From an uncultured Rhodobiaceae bacterium (GTDB taxonomy: Bacteria; Pseudomonadota; Alphaproteobacteria; Parvibaculales; Parvibaculaceae), in NCBI GenBank assembly GCA_913057645.1, contig CAJXOU010000005.1, positions 5,060 through 69,059 of the forward strand: a stretch of 64,000 bases of DNA, given 5' to 3'. A program made the position numbers and the translations under genes. The notes below the pieces were generated by a model. That model was given only the letters and a program-made list of their open reading frames with translations. It was not told the DNA's origin and ran no database searches. The number at the start of each line of letters is the position of its first letter. Within the stretch, counting starts at the first letter, position 1. Shown one piece after another: positions 42,012-52,532 of the stretch.

Positions 42012-42812
42012 ATGCCGGAACGGTCTTCAATTCTCCAGATCAGCAAGGTCGGCAAGACCTTCGGCACGCGTTCGGGAAGCTTCGAGGCCCTGCGCGACGT
42101 CGATCTTGCGATCAGCGGGGGTGAATTCGTCTCGATCATCGGCCATTCGGGCTGCGGCAAGTCCACGCTGCTCAATCTCGTGGCGGGCCTCGAAACGCCG
42201 ACGCTTGGCGGCATATTTCTCGAAGGACAGCTTGTCGACGGGCCCGGACCGGAGCGGGCGGTCGTCTTCCAGAACCACTCCCTGCTGCCCTGGCTGACTG
42301 TCTACGGCAATGTGCGCCTCGCGGTGGACAAGGTTTTCGCGGGCAGGAAGTCTTCCGCCGAACGGGACGCATGGGCCCGGCAGATGCTCGACCTCGTCAA
42401 CATGTCGGACGCGGCGGAAAAACGGCCGGCCGAAATCTCGGGCGGCATGAAGCAGCGCGTCGGCATTGCCCGCGCGCTTGCGATGGAACCGAAAGTGCTG
42501 CTGCTCGACGAGCCCTTCGGTGCGCTCGATGCGCTGACGCGGGCGCAGCTTCAGGACAGCGTCATGGATATCCATGCGCGCCTCGGCAACACCGTCATCA
42601 TGATCACCCATGACGTGGACGAAGCGGTCCTGCTCTCCGACCGGATCGTGATGATGAGCAACGGACCGGCCGCGGGCATCGGCGAAATTCACGACCTTAC
42701 GCTGTCGCGGCCCCGGCGGCGGCTGGAGCTCGGCGAGAACCTGGACTACATCGCCGCCCGCTCGGCCGTGATGCGCTTTCTCACCCGGAACCGGACAGAC
42801 AAGGCGGCCTGA
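42012..42812 (+). CDS. nrtC: Nitrate ABC transporter ATP-binding protein
   Basis: Walker A GHSGCGKST, ABC signature ISGGMKQRVGIARAL and Walker B LLLDEPFGALD. Confidence 0.9.
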   Translation: MPERSSILQISKVGKTFGTRSGSFEALRDVDLAISGGEFVSIIGHSGCGKSTLLNLVAGLETPTLGGIFLEGQLVDGPGPERAVVFQNHSLLPWLTVYGNVRLAVDKVFAGRKSSAERDAWARQMLDLVNMSDAAEKRPAEISGGMKQRVGIARALAMEPKVLLLDEPFGALDALTRAQLQDSVMDIHARLGNTVIMITHDVDEAVLLSDRIVMMSNGPAAGIGEIHDLTLSRPRRRLELGENLDYIAARSAVMRFLTRNRTDKAA

Positions 42813-42814
42813 CC

Positions 42815-45271
42815 ATGACCGGGAAGCAGAAACTTGTGGTGATCGGCAATGGCATGGCGGGCTGCCGCGCCGTGGAGGAGCTTCTCGCGCGCGACCCGGA
42901 GCGCTATGAAATCACGATCTTCGGGGCCGAGCCGGAGGTGAACTACAACCGCATCATGCTCTCCCCCGTCCTCGCTGGCGAAACGAGCTTCGACGAGATC
43001 GTCATCAATGGCGCGGACTGGTACGCGGAGAACGGCATCGAACTGAGGAGCGGCGAAGAAGTCGTCGGGATCGACACGGTTTCCCGGATGGTCGCGACCG
43101 ACAAGGGAAATCGCTGCGGCTATGACCGGCTGCTGATTGCGACCGGGTCGCTTCCCTTCATCCTGCCCGTGCCCGGCGCGACGCTGGATGGCGTCATCGC
43201 TTTTCGCGACATTCAGGATGTTCGCCGGATGGTCTCGACGGCGGAAGGCGGCGGCCGGGCCGTGGTGATCGGCGGCGGTCTGCTCGGCCTCGAGGCGGCG
43301 AACGGTCTTCGCACGCTCGGCATGGACGTCACCGTCATTCACTTGATGGAAACGCTGATGGAGCGCCAGCTCGATGAGGCGGCGGGCTTTCTCCTGCGCC
43401 GCGAGCTGGAAGGACGCGGCATCGAGGTGCTGACCGGCGCGACGACGGAAGAGATCGTCGGCGACGAGGCCGTGAAGGGCGTGAAGCTGAAGGACGGTCG
43501 AACCGTTCCCGCCGATCTTGTCGTCATGGCGGCGGGCATCCGGCCCAATATCGCGCTCGCCCGCGACGCTGGCCTCGACTGCAATCGCGGCATCGTCGTC
43601 GACGACTTCATGCGCACCTCCGATCCCTCGATCCTCGCGGTCGGCGAATGCGTCGAGCATCGCGGGCAGGTTTATGGACTCGTCGCGCCGATATGGGAGA
43701 TGTGCCGCGCCGTGGGCGACACGCTGGCGGGCGCGGAGGGCGAAGGCTACCGGGGCTCCGTCACCAGCACGAAGCTCAAGGTAACGGGTGTCGACGTCTT
43801 CTCCGCCGGCGACTTCGCAGCGGGCGACGGCCGCGAGGACATCGTCTACCGGGACGCCGCGCGCGGCATCTACAAGCGCATCGTCATCTCGGAAGATCGT
43901 GTCATCGGCGCCGTTCTCTACGGCGACACGGAAGACGGTAACTGGTACTTCGGCCTCCTGAAGGCGGGCGAGGACATCGCGGCCAGCCGCGAGACGCTGG
44001 TCTTCGGGCCTGCCTTTGCGGGAGGCGCGCCCCAGGACCCTAATGCCGCCGTTGCCGCATTGCCCGACACGAGCGAGATCTGTGGCTGCAACGGCGTCTG
44101 CAAGGGCACGATCGTCACGGCGATCCAGGACAAGGGACTGGCGACGCTCGCCGATGTGCGTGCGCATACCAAGGCGTCCGCCTCCTGCGGCTCCTGCACC
44201 GGGCTTGTCGAGAAGCTGATGGCGCTGACGCTCGGCGAGGGCTACAACCCCGCCGCGGTGGAACCGATGTGCGGCTGCACGGAACTCGGGCATGACGACG
44301 TCCGCCGCCTGATCCGGGCGAAGGAACTGAAGACGATCCCCGCCGTCATGCAGGAACTCGAATGGAAGACTTCCTGCGGCTGCGCGAAGTGCCGCCCGGC
44401 GCTCAACTATTATCTCGTTTGCGACTGGCCCGGCGAATATGCCGACGACTACCAGTCGCGCTTCGTCAATGAGCGCGTGCACGCCAACATCCAGAAGGAC
44501 GGCACTTACTCCGTGGTGCCGCGCATGTGGGGCGGCGTCACCAGCGCCAAGGAGCTGCGCGCCATTGCCGACGTGGTCGAGAAGTTCGCCATTCCGGCGG
44601 TAAAGGTCACCGGCGGACAGCGGGTCGACATGCTGGGCGTGAAGAAGGAAGACCTGCCCGCCGTCTGGGCCGATCTCGGCAAGGCGGGGTTCGTGTCGGG
44701 ACACGCCTATGCGAAGGGCCTGCGCACCGTGAAGACATGTGTCGGCACGGACTGGTGCCGCTTCGGAACCCAGGATTCGACCGGCTTCGGTGTTCGCATC
44801 GAGAAATTCATGTGGGGCTCGTGGACGCCCGCCAAGGTGAAGATGGCGGTCTCGGGTTGCCCGCGGAACTGCGCAGAGGCGACCTGCAAGGATGTCGGCG
44901 TCGTCTGCGTCGACTCCGGCTACGAGATCCACTTCGCGGGCGCGGCCGGCCTCGACATCAAGGGCACGGAGAAACTCGGCACGGTGGCGACGGAGGACGA
45001 AGCGCTGGAGCACATCGTCGCGCTCGTCCAGATGTATCGCGAACAGGCGCGCTATCTCGAGCGCATCTACAAATGGGCGAAGCGCATCGGCTACGACGAA
45101 GTGCGCAGCCAGATCCTCGACGATGCGGAGAAGCGCCGGGCCTATTTCGACCGTTTCGTCTTCTCGCAGAAATTCGCGCAGGTGGACCCCTGGTCCGAGC
45201 GCGTATCGGGCAAGGACAAGCACGAGTTCAGGCCCATGGCGGAAATCGGTGTCCCTCAGGCAGCGGAGTAG
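42815..45271 (+). CDS. nirB: NAD(P)H-dependent assimilatory nitrite reductase large subunit
   Basis: FAD/NAD Rossmann folds (VVIGNGMAG, VVIGGGLLGLE), a BFD-like 2Fe-2S segment (CGCNGVCKG) and the siroheme/4Fe-4S region (..VSGCPRNCAEA..). Confidence 0.95.
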   Translation: MTGKQKLVVIGNGMAGCRAVEELLARDPERYEITIFGAEPEVNYNRIMLSPVLAGETSFDEIVINGADWYAENGIELRSGEEVVGIDTVSRMVATDKGNRCGYDRLLIATGSLPFILPVPGATLDGVIAFRDIQDVRRMVSTAEGGGRAVVIGGGLLGLEAANGLRTLGMDVTVIHLMETLMERQLDEAAGFLLRRELEGRGIEVLTGATTEEIVGDEAVKGVKLKDGRTVPADLVVMAAGIRPNIALARDAGLDCNRGIVVDDFMRTSDPSILAVGECVEHRGQVYGLVAPIWEMCRAVGDTLAGAEGEGYRGSVTSTKLKVTGVDVFSAGDFAAGDGREDIVYRDAARGIYKRIVISEDRVIGAVLYGDTEDGNWYFGLLKAGEDIAASRETLVFGPAFAGGAPQDPNAAVAALPDTSEICGCNGVCKGTIVTAIQDKGLATLADVRAHTKASASCGSCTGLVEKLMALTLGEGYNPAAVEPMCGCTELGHDDVRRLIRAKELKTIPAVMQELEWKTSCGCAKCRPALNYYLVCDWPGEYADDYQSRFVNERVHANIQKDGTYSVVPRMWGGVTSAKELRAIADVVEKFAIPAVKVTGGQRVDMLGVKKEDLPAVWADLGKAGFVSGHAYAKGLRTVKTCVGTDWCRFGTQDSTGFGVRIEKFMWGSWTPAKVKMAVSGCPRNCAEATCKDVGVVCVDSGYEIHFAGAAGLDIKGTEKLGTVATEDEALEHIVALVQMYREQARYLERIYKWAKRIGYDEVRSQILDDAEKRRAYFDRFVFSQKFAQVDPWSERVSGKDKHEFRPMAEIGVPQAAE

Positions 45272-45275
45272 GTCG

Positions 45276-45608
45276 ATGACGAACTGGGTCGAGATCGGGA
45301 GATTGTCGGACATTCCGAAGCGCGGCGCGCGCTGCGTGTCGACGCCGATGGGACGGGTCGCCGTCTTCCGCACGGCGGCGGACGAGATTTACACCATCGA
45401 GGACCGCTGTCCGCACAAGGGCGGGCCGCTGAGCCAGGGCATCGTTCACGGCTCCGCCGTCACCTGCCCGTTGCACAACTGGGTGCTGTCGCTCGAAACC
45501 GGAACGGCGCTCGGTGCGGATGAAGGGGAGGTGCGCCGCTTCGATATCAGGCTGGAAGGAGAAATGATTCTGCTGGACGTGGCGGTCATGGCCGTCGCCG
45601 CCGACTAG
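45276..45608 (+). CDS. nirD: Nitrite reductase small subunit (Rieske-like)
   Basis: 110 aa with CPHKGGPL..CPLHNW. Lies within the longer out-of-register track ORF 44892..45608. Confidence 0.9.
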   Translation: MTNWVEIGRLSDIPKRGARCVSTPMGRVAVFRTAADEIYTIEDRCPHKGGPLSQGIVHGSAVTCPLHNWVLSLETGTALGADEGEVRRFDIRLEGEMILLDVAVMAVAAD

Positions 45609-45625
45609 CGCTCCTGCCCACACAA

Positions 45626-48298
45626 ATGAACATGATGAAAAGCGCCACAGTGAAAACGACCTGCCCCTATTGCGGCGTGGGTTGCGGCGTGGCGGTGCCG
45701 GCGGCGGCACCGCGCAATGCGCGCGTTTCGGGCGATGCGGCGCATCCCGTGAACAGGGGCCGTCTGTGCTCCAAGGGATCGATGCTCGGCGAAACGACCG
45801 GGCTGGAAAACCGCCTTCTCCATCCGATGAAGAAGGGCGCGCGTATCGGCTGGGACGAGGCGCTGGACGAGGTGGCGGCGAGATTTTCTTCTGTCGTCGC
45901 GACGCATGGGCCGGATGCCGTCGCCTTCTATGTATCGGGACAGTTGCTGACCGAGGATTACTACGTCGCCAACAAGCTGATGAAAGGCTTTATCGGCAGT
46001 GGCAATATCGACACCAACTCCCGCCTCTGCATGTCGTCGGCGGTGGCGGCGCACAAGCGCGCCTTCGGCGAGGACCTCGTGCCCGGCAGCTACGAGGACT
46101 TCGAGGAAGCCGATCTCGTTGTGCTCGTCGGTTCGAACACGGCCTGGTGTCACCCGATCCTCTATCAACGCCTGCTTGCCGCGCGCGCGAAGCGGGGCAC
46201 AAGGATCGTCGTCATCGATCCGCGCCGCACCGCGACCTGCGACGAGGCGGACCTTCATCTTCCGATCGCGCCGGGACGGGACCTGAGGCTCTTCACGGCG
46301 CTTCTTTGCGAGCTTGCCGCCCGTGGTGCGGCGGATGAAGGTTTCATCGCGCGGAGCACGAAAGGTCGGGAAGGCGCACTCGCTGCGGCGAGGCGCGAGC
46401 ACCGCTCGCTTGAGGAGACGGCTGAAGCCTGCGGTCTCGATCCCTCGGCGCTTGAAACCTTCTTCTCCTGGTTTGCGGAAACGGAGCGAACGGTCACCGC
46501 CTTCTCGCAGGGTATCAACCAGTCGCAGCGCGGCGTCGACCAGGTCAACACGATCATCAACTGCCATCTTCTCACCGGGCGGATCGGCAAGCCGGGCGCG
46601 GGGCCTTTCTCGCTCACGGGTCAGCCGAACGCGATGGGCGGCAGGGAGGTGGGCGGCCTCGCGAACCAGCTCGCGGCACATCTCGAATTCGATGAGCCGG
46701 GGCGCGGCAAGCTTGCGCGCTTCTGGGGAACGGAGAATCTCGCCGCCGGGCCGGGACTCAAGGCCGTCGATCTTTTCGATGCGATGGCGGAGGGGCGCAT
46801 CAAGGCGCTCTGGATCATGGCGACCAACCCGGTGGTGAGCCTTCCCAATGCGGACTTCGTGCGCCACGCGCTGAAGACCTGCCCCTTCGTGGTTCTCTCC
46901 GACTGCGTTGCCGGTACCGACACGGCCGCCTTTGCCGATATGGTGCTGCCGGCCGCGGCCTGGGGAGAGAAGGACGGCACGGTGACGAATTCCGAGCGGC
47001 GCATCTCGCGGCAGCGCGCCTTCATGGCCCCGCCCGGCGAAGCGCAGCCCGACTGGCGGATCGTGAGCGAGGTCGCGCGGCGCATGGGATTCGCCGATGC
47101 CTTTACCTATCGGAACCCGGCGGAGATCTTCCGCGAGCATGCGGCGCTGTCGGGCTTCGAGAACGGAGGTGAACGGTTCTTCGACATCTCCGGTCTTTCC
47201 GGGTTGAGCGATGCCGCCTATGACGCGCTCGAACCCGTGCGGTGGCCCATGCGCGGAGCGGGCGGTACGCCGAGGCTCTTTTCAGACGGTGTCTTTGCGA
47301 CGCCGTCCGGACGTGCGCGCTTCGTTGCACCGGCATCCACAGTCGAACGGCTCGCGAATGAAAGCGCCTTCCCGCTGACGCTCAACAGCGGCCGTCTGCG
47401 CGACCAGTGGCACACCATGACGCGCACGGGTCTCTCGCCCGTGCTCGGCGCGAATGCCCCCGAACCCGTGGCGGAAATGCACGAGGAGGATGCGCGCGCC
47501 GCCGGGATCGCGGATGGCGGGCTGATGCGCGTCGTGACGGAATACGGTTCCGGCATTTTCCGTGCCTCCGTGACGCAGGCGCAGCAGCGCGGCTCGCTCT
47601 TCGTCCCGATCCACTGGTCGGATGTGAACAGCGCGATGAGCAGCGCGGGCCGCATGGTCCATCCCGAAGTCGATCCGATCTCGGGGCAGCCCGCTTTCAA
47701 GCACACCCCCGCCCGCGCCGAAGCCGTCATGCCGCTCTGGCGGGGTTTCTTTCTTTCGCGGCAGGAAATCGCGCCGCCCGGCTGCGGCTATTGGGCGAGC
47801 CGCCGCGTGGACGGCGGATGGATCTGCGAGATGGCGGGCCTGTCGGAAGGCGAGGCGCCGCCCGAGCTCGATCTCCTTGCGGGCGAAAGCGCCGGTGCTG
47901 CCGGTGGATATGAGGAGCTGGAGATGCGCGACGGTCACGCGGGCGCGCTTCGTCAGGCACGCCTCGGGAACGGACGCCTGACCGATTGCCTGATCCTCAC
48001 GCGCGGCGGGAAGCTGCCGCCGCGCGACTGGCTGGCCAGCCTCCTGCTCGCCGATGAGATCGACGAGACGACGCGGCGCGTCTTTCTTTCCGGACGGGCG
48101 GGCGAGGGCGCAGCGGATAGCCGCCTCGTCTGCGCCTGCATGGGCGTGCGGTCTGACGCCATTCTCGCCGCGATCGCGAAAGGGGCCTGCAACGCCGCCT
48201 CGGTCGGCGTGCAGACGGGCGCGGGCACGAATTGCGGATCATGCCGCTCGGAAATCCGCAGCCTGATCGAACGCGTGGAAACGGAGGAAGCAGCATGA
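45626..48298 (+). CDS. nasA: Assimilatory nitrate reductase catalytic subunit
   Basis: N-terminal 4Fe-4S motif CPYCGVGCG..(C), a molybdopterin oxidoreductase body, and a C-terminal BFD-like 2Fe-2S domain (CACMGV..CGSC). Confidence 0.9.
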   Translation: MNMMKSATVKTTCPYCGVGCGVAVPAAAPRNARVSGDAAHPVNRGRLCSKGSMLGETTGLENRLLHPMKKGARIGWDEALDEVAARFSSVVATHGPDAVAFYVSGQLLTEDYYVANKLMKGFIGSGNIDTNSRLCMSSAVAAHKRAFGEDLVPGSYEDFEEADLVVLVGSNTAWCHPILYQRLLAARAKRGTRIVVIDPRRTATCDEADLHLPIAPGRDLRLFTALLCELAARGAADEGFIARSTKGREGALAAARREHRSLEETAEACGLDPSALETFFSWFAETERTVTAFSQGINQSQRGVDQVNTIINCHLLTGRIGKPGAGPFSLTGQPNAMGGREVGGLANQLAAHLEFDEPGRGKLARFWGTENLAAGPGLKAVDLFDAMAEGRIKALWIMATNPVVSLPNADFVRHALKTCPFVVLSDCVAGTDTAAFADMVLPAAAWGEKDGTVTNSERRISRQRAFMAPPGEAQPDWRIVSEVARRMGFADAFTYRNPAEIFREHAALSGFENGGERFFDISGLSGLSDAAYDALEPVRWPMRGAGGTPRLFSDGVFATPSGRARFVAPASTVERLANESAFPLTLNSGRLRDQWHTMTRTGLSPVLGANAPEPVAEMHEEDARAAGIADGGLMRVVTEYGSGIFRASVTQAQQRGSLFVPIHWSDVNSAMSSAGRMVHPEVDPISGQPAFKHTPARAEAVMPLWRGFFLSRQEIAPPGCGYWASRRVDGGWICEMAGLSEGEAPPELDLLAGESAGAAGGYEELEMRDGHAGALRQARLGNGRLTDCLILTRGGKLPPRDWLASLLLADEIDETTRRVFLSGRAGEGAADSRLVCACMGVRSDAILAAIAKGACNAASVGVQTGAGTNCGSCRSEIRSLIERVETEEAA

Positions 48299-49173
48299 CC
48301 TTTCCCGAGCGGAAGGCGCCATTCGTTTCCTTCGTCGGCGCGGGGCCGGGCGACCCTGAACTTCTCACGATCCGCGCGCTGCGGCGCCTCGAGCAGGCGG
48401 ACATCGTGCTCCACGACGCGCTCGGCACGGCGGAAATTCTGAATCTCTTGCCCTCTTCCGCGCGCCGCGTGAATGTCGGCAAGCGCGCCGGACGGCACGC
48501 CATGCCGCAGGATGAGATCAATCGCCTGCTCGTCAATCTTGCGCAACGCGGAAAGCGCGTCGTGCGGTTGAAAGGCGGCGATCCCGTCATCTTCGGCCGT
48601 CTCGATGAGGAGACGGCGGCGCTCTCGGCCGCCGGCATCGGTTTCGAGGTTGTGCCCGGCATCACGGCCGCTTCCGCCGCCGCAGCATCCGCCGGACTAT
48701 CTCTCACCAGACGGGGCGACTCCCGGCGCGTTCAGTTCGTAACGGGCCACACGAAAGAGGGAGAGCCGTTCGACCCGGTTGCATCGGGCGTCGCCTCTCC
48801 GGGCGTCACCAGCGCGATCTACATGGCCCGCGGGGCCGTGAGACGGGTTCGGGCAGGGCTGATTGAAACCGGTTGGGCGAGACAAACGCCTGTTCTCATC
48901 GTCGCGGGCGCGAGCCAGTCCGGCGAGATCAGGATCGCAAGCCGTCTCGATGGTCTGGAACAGGCCGTCCTCTCGCTGCCGCGCGACCTGCCTCTGGTCC
49001 TGATCGTCGGGCCGGCTGTCGCTTCAACGCAAATGAACGGCAACGCGGATGCAGATGTCCCCCGTCGCCATCATCCAGGCCCCGGCGGCTGGACGATACC
49101 CGCCGAGGTGCCGGTCGATGCGCCGCCGATGCGATCTCCATCGGACTTCTCAGGGCGTCGCGGCGTTCGGTAG
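48295..49173 (+). CDS. cobA: Uroporphyrinogen-III C-methyltransferase (siroheme branch)
   Basis: SUMT signature FVGAGPGDPELLT and VVRLKGGDP. ATGA overlap with nasA. Carries a low-complexity C-terminal extension of about 40 aa. Confidence 0.85.
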   Translation: MTFPERKAPFVSFVGAGPGDPELLTIRALRRLEQADIVLHDALGTAEILNLLPSSARRVNVGKRAGRHAMPQDEINRLLVNLAQRGKRVVRLKGGDPVIFGRLDEETAALSAAGIGFEVVPGITAASAAAASAGLSLTRRGDSRRVQFVTGHTKEGEPFDPVASGVASPGVTSAIYMARGAVRRVRAGLIETGWARQTPVLIVAGASQSGEIRIASRLDGLEQAVLSLPRDLPLVLIVGPAVASTQMNGNADADVPRRHHPGPGGWTIPAEVPVDAPPMRSPSDFSGRRGVR

Positions 49174-49208
49174 GTGTCTTCCCGCTCTACCGGAAGCGCT
49201 CTTTACCC

Positions 49209-49823
49209 TCAGCGCGGCGCAAGCCCGTTCATCAGCAGGTTGATATATTCGTCAACGAGCTTCCTGTCCGCCGGCTGGCTTGGTCGCGGGTGCCATTGGC
49301 CGATGGAGTTGAGGGCACCGGCAAGCGCAAAGGCGGTGATCTTCGGGTCCGACGAGGCGATCGACCCGTCCGCGATTCCATCGGCGACGAGCTGCCTGAT
49401 CTTGCGGTCGATCTCGCTCTTGATCCGCCGCACTTTCTTCCGGCTTGCCTCCGACAGTTCGGCGTCGCTGATGCGCACGGCGCAGCGCCCGAAATCCGTC
49501 TCGATCACCGCGGCATAGCCCTCGAGATAGGCGACCAGGCGCGTCCTTCCGTTTCCTTCCGCCGCGCTGCCCGCCGCTTCCAGCATGTCGAGCCCGTGTT
49601 GCACGCAGGCAAAGAGCATCGCTTCCTTGTTCTTGAAATAATAATAGAGCGTGGGCTTCGTGACGTTCAGCGCCTGCGCCACCTCGTCGAGAGAGACGCG
49701 GTGATAACCCCTTTCCGAAAACACATGTGCCGCCGCCGCAAGCACCGCCTCGCGCTTCAGCGCGCGCTCGGTCTTGCGCTCGGTTTCGTTCTTCCAGGGC
49801 GATGCGATTGCGGCTTTGGCCAT
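49209..49823 (-). CDS. TetR/AcrR-family transcriptional regulator
   Basis: N-terminal TetR HTH (FSERGYHRVSLDEVAQALNVTKPTLYYYFKNKE). Divergent from the thiolase gene. Confidence 0.85.
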   Translation of the reverse strand: MAKAAIASPWKNETERKTERALKREAVLAAAAHVFSERGYHRVSLDEVAQALNVTKPTLYYYFKNKEAMLFACVQHGLDMLEAAGSAAEGNGRTRLVAYLEGYAAVIETDFGRCAVRISDAELSEASRKKVRRIKSEIDRKIRQLVADGIADGSIASSDPKITAFALAGALNSIGQWHPRPSQPADRKLVDEYINLLMNGLAPR

Positions 49824-49872
49824 GCGGGAATCTCCGGATTCGGGCGCGCCAGGGGCACGGGCCCACGCTGCT

Positions 49873-49901
49873 TTGACAGAATACTATATAGAAACTATGT
49901 T
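49873..49901 (+). promoter_or_regulatory. Candidate sigma-70-type promoter for the thiolase gene
   Basis: TTGACA-N17-TATGTT in a locally AT-rich spacer. It overlaps the small palindromes CTATATAG and TACTT-CA-AAGTA, which could be TetR operators. Confidence 0.3.
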
Positions 49902-49978
49902 ACTTCAAAGTAGAAAAGCCGGTAACTGCCGCGCCCGGCCGGGACGAGCAGGGCCGCGATGACAGAGGAGTGACGACG

Positions 49979-51166
49979 ATGGCGAATCGTGTGGTTGTGG
50001 CAGGCGTCGGAATGCTTCCCTTCGTGAAGCCCGGCGCCAGCGCCTCTTACGACGAGATGGGCGCGGAGGCTGCGCGTCTTGCGCTGAAGGACGCGGGCAT
50101 CGACTACGACAAGGTCGAGCAGGCCTATGTCGGCTGGGTCTACGGCGATTCGACCTCCGGTCAGGCCGCGCTCTACAAGGTCGGCCTCACGGGCATTCCC
50201 GTCGTCAATGTGAACAACAACTGCTCCACCGGCTCTTCCGCGCTCTTCCTCGCGCGCCAGGCCGTCGAGGCGGGCATCGTCGATTGCGCGATTGCGCTCG
50301 GCTTCGAGCAGATGACGCCGGGCGCGCTCGGCGCGGTGTTCGACGACCGCCCCAATCCGCTTGGCGACTTCCTGAAGATTGCCGATGACAGTTTCCAGGG
50401 GGCAGGCGAAGTGCCGATGGCGCTCCGCCTCTTCGGCGGCGCGGGCTACGAATATCAGGAGAAGTACGGCGCGAAGAGCGAGACCTTCGCCAGGGTGCGC
50501 GAAAAGGCGAGCCGCCACGCGGAACACAACGAACGCGCGATCTTCCGCACGCCGGTCAGCGTCGACGACGTCATGCAGTCGCCGAAGATGTTCCTGAACC
50601 TGACGCGCCTCCAGTGCTGCCCGCCAAGCTGCGGCGCCGCCGCCGCGATCCTGTGCTCCGAGGGTTTCGCGCGCAAGCACGGGCTCGATGCGAGCATCGT
50701 CATCGCCGGTCAGGCCATGACGACGGACTATCCCTCGACCTTCGCCGAGAAGAGCCTCATCAAGGTCGTCGGCGCCGACATGACGAAGGAAGCCGCCCGC
50801 CGCGTCTACGAGCAGGCAGGCATCGGCCCGGACGCCATCGATGTCGTCGAGCTGCACGACTGCTTCACGACGAACGAAGTCATCACCTATGAGGGCCTCG
50901 GCCTCTGCCCCGAAGGCGGTGCCGAGAAATTCGTCTGGGACGGCGACAACACCTATGGCGGCAAGGTCGTGACCAACCCGTCCGGCGGCCTTCTTTCCAA
51001 GGGCCATCCGCTTGGCGCAACCGGCCTCGGCCAGTGTGCGGAACTCACCTGGCAGTTGCGCGGCCAGTCCGGCAAGCGCCAGGTCGAGGGCGCGCGCGTC
51101 GCGCTCCAGCACAACCTCGGTCTTGGCGGCGCCTGCGTCGTTACTCTCTACGAACGCAGGGCGTGA
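49979..51166 (+). CDS. SCP-x/lipid-transfer-type thiolase
   Basis: Thiolase fold with active-site Cys in VNVNNNCSTGSSAL and the C-terminal GHPLGATG and NLGLGGA motifs. Start ATG 49979 (GTG 49970 possible). Confidence 0.85.
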   Translation: MANRVVVAGVGMLPFVKPGASASYDEMGAEAARLALKDAGIDYDKVEQAYVGWVYGDSTSGQAALYKVGLTGIPVVNVNNNCSTGSSALFLARQAVEAGIVDCAIALGFEQMTPGALGAVFDDRPNPLGDFLKIADDSFQGAGEVPMALRLFGGAGYEYQEKYGAKSETFARVREKASRHAEHNERAIFRTPVSVDDVMQSPKMFLNLTRLQCCPPSCGAAAAILCSEGFARKHGLDASIVIAGQAMTTDYPSTFAEKSLIKVVGADMTKEAARRVYEQAGIGPDAIDVVELHDCFTTNEVITYEGLGLCPEGGAEKFVWDGDNTYGGKVVTNPSGGLLSKGHPLGATGLGQCAELTWQLRGQSGKRQVEGARVALQHNLGLGGACVVTLYERRA

Positions 51167-51191
51167 GCTCCGTCCCAGCCCGGCATGGCAC

Positions 51192-52532
51192 TCAGCTCAT
51201 CGAACCGAGCTTCTTCGCAACGCGTTTCACCGCCGTCGTGATGACGACGAACGAGACGTAGAGCGTGACCGGAATGTTGAGGAGCCCGATCGCAAGGAAG
51301 ATAGCCGGGATCGAAAGGCCCTCGTCGGAAAGCCAGAAGATGAAGCCCGACGCGCCCACCATCGCGAGCGCGTTCAGCACATTGTTGACCGCGATCAGCC
51401 GCGCCCTGTAGTGCGGCTCGCTCCGCGCCTGCAGGATCGCATAAAGCGGCACGATGTAGAGCCCGCCGCAAATCGCGATGCCGAAAAGGTCGCCCACGAT
51501 GCGCCAGTTCTCGGGCAAGCTCAGAAAGGCCATGATGCCGATGAACTCGCCCGTCCTGGTGGCGAGCAGCGGTTCGCTCGCGAAGAAAAGATCGGCGGAG
51601 AAGATCGTGATGCCGAGCGCCCCCACCGGCACGTAATAGTCGCGCACCTTTCCGCCCAGCAGCTTGTCGCAGAGCAGCGAGCCGATGCCGATGCCGATCG
51701 AAAAGATGGTCAGCAGCATCGCGACGATCTGCTCGTTGCCGCTCAGTACACCGCGCGAGAAGACCGGGAACAGGATGATGAAGACCGATCCGACGAGCCA
51801 GAACCACGAAATCCCGATGATGGAACGGAAGATCGGCAGGTCGCGATATCCGAAACGGATCATGTGGAAGGTTTCGGACACGAAATTGTAGTTGATCTTC
51901 ATGCCCGGGCTCGCCGCCGGGCGATCGGGAATCTGCCGCGACGTCAGCCAGCCGAGTGCGGCGACGCCGATGCAGAGGATGGAAACAACCGTCAGCCCAT
52001 ACGCCCGCAGAACGATCAGGCTGCCGAGCAGCGTGCCTATCAGAATGACGAGGAAGGTTGCGGTTTCGATCAGCGCGTTGCCACCGACGAGTTCGTCTTC
52101 CTCGAGCAGTTCCGGCAGGATGCCGTATTTGAGCGGCCCGAAGATCGCCGATTGTGCGCCCATGAAGAAGAGCACTGTCAGCAGCATGACTGGCGCCTCC
52201 AGGGCGAAGCCCACGGCCGCCGCGATCATGATCAAGATTTCGAAAAGCTTCACCTTCCGGATAAGCCCCGCCTTGGGCAGCTTGTCGGCGAACTGGCCCG
52301 CCGTCGGCGAAAACAGGAAGAAGGGCAGGATGAAGATACCGCCCGCAAGCGCCACCAGCGTCTGCGTGTCGATGCCCTCGAGGTTCGCCGCCGCCGAATA
52401 GGTGATGAGGATCACCAGCGCGTTCTTGAAGATGTTGTCGTTGAACGCACCCAGCGCCTGCGTCACGAAGAGCGGCAGGAAGCGCGGTGAGATGAGCAGC
52501 CTGAACTGCGAGTGATGTTGCGTCTCGCTCAT
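51192..52532 (-). CDS. MFS transporter, LplT-like (lysophospholipid transporter family)
   Basis: 12-TM MFS pattern. The N-terminus (FLPLFVTQALGAFNDNIFKNAL) resembles the LplT/Aas-associated family. ATGA overlap with the upstream acyltransferase. Confidence 0.7.
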   Translation of the reverse strand: MSETQHHSQFRLLISPRFLPLFVTQALGAFNDNIFKNALVILITYSAAANLEGIDTQTLVALAGGIFILPFFLFSPTAGQFADKLPKAGLIRKVKLFEILIMIAAAVGFALEAPVMLLTVLFFMGAQSAIFGPLKYGILPELLEEDELVGGNALIETATFLVILIGTLLGSLIVLRAYGLTVVSILCIGVAALGWLTSRQIPDRPAASPGMKINYNFVSETFHMIRFGYRDLPIFRSIIGISWFWLVGSVFIILFPVFSRGVLSGNEQIVAMLLTIFSIGIGIGSLLCDKLLGGKVRDYYVPVGALGITIFSADLFFASEPLLATRTGEFIGIMAFLSLPENWRIVGDLFGIAICGGLYIVPLYAILQARSEPHYRARLIAVNNVLNALAMVGASGFIFWLSDEGLSIPAIFLAIGLLNIPVTLYVSFVVITTAVKRVAKKLGSMS

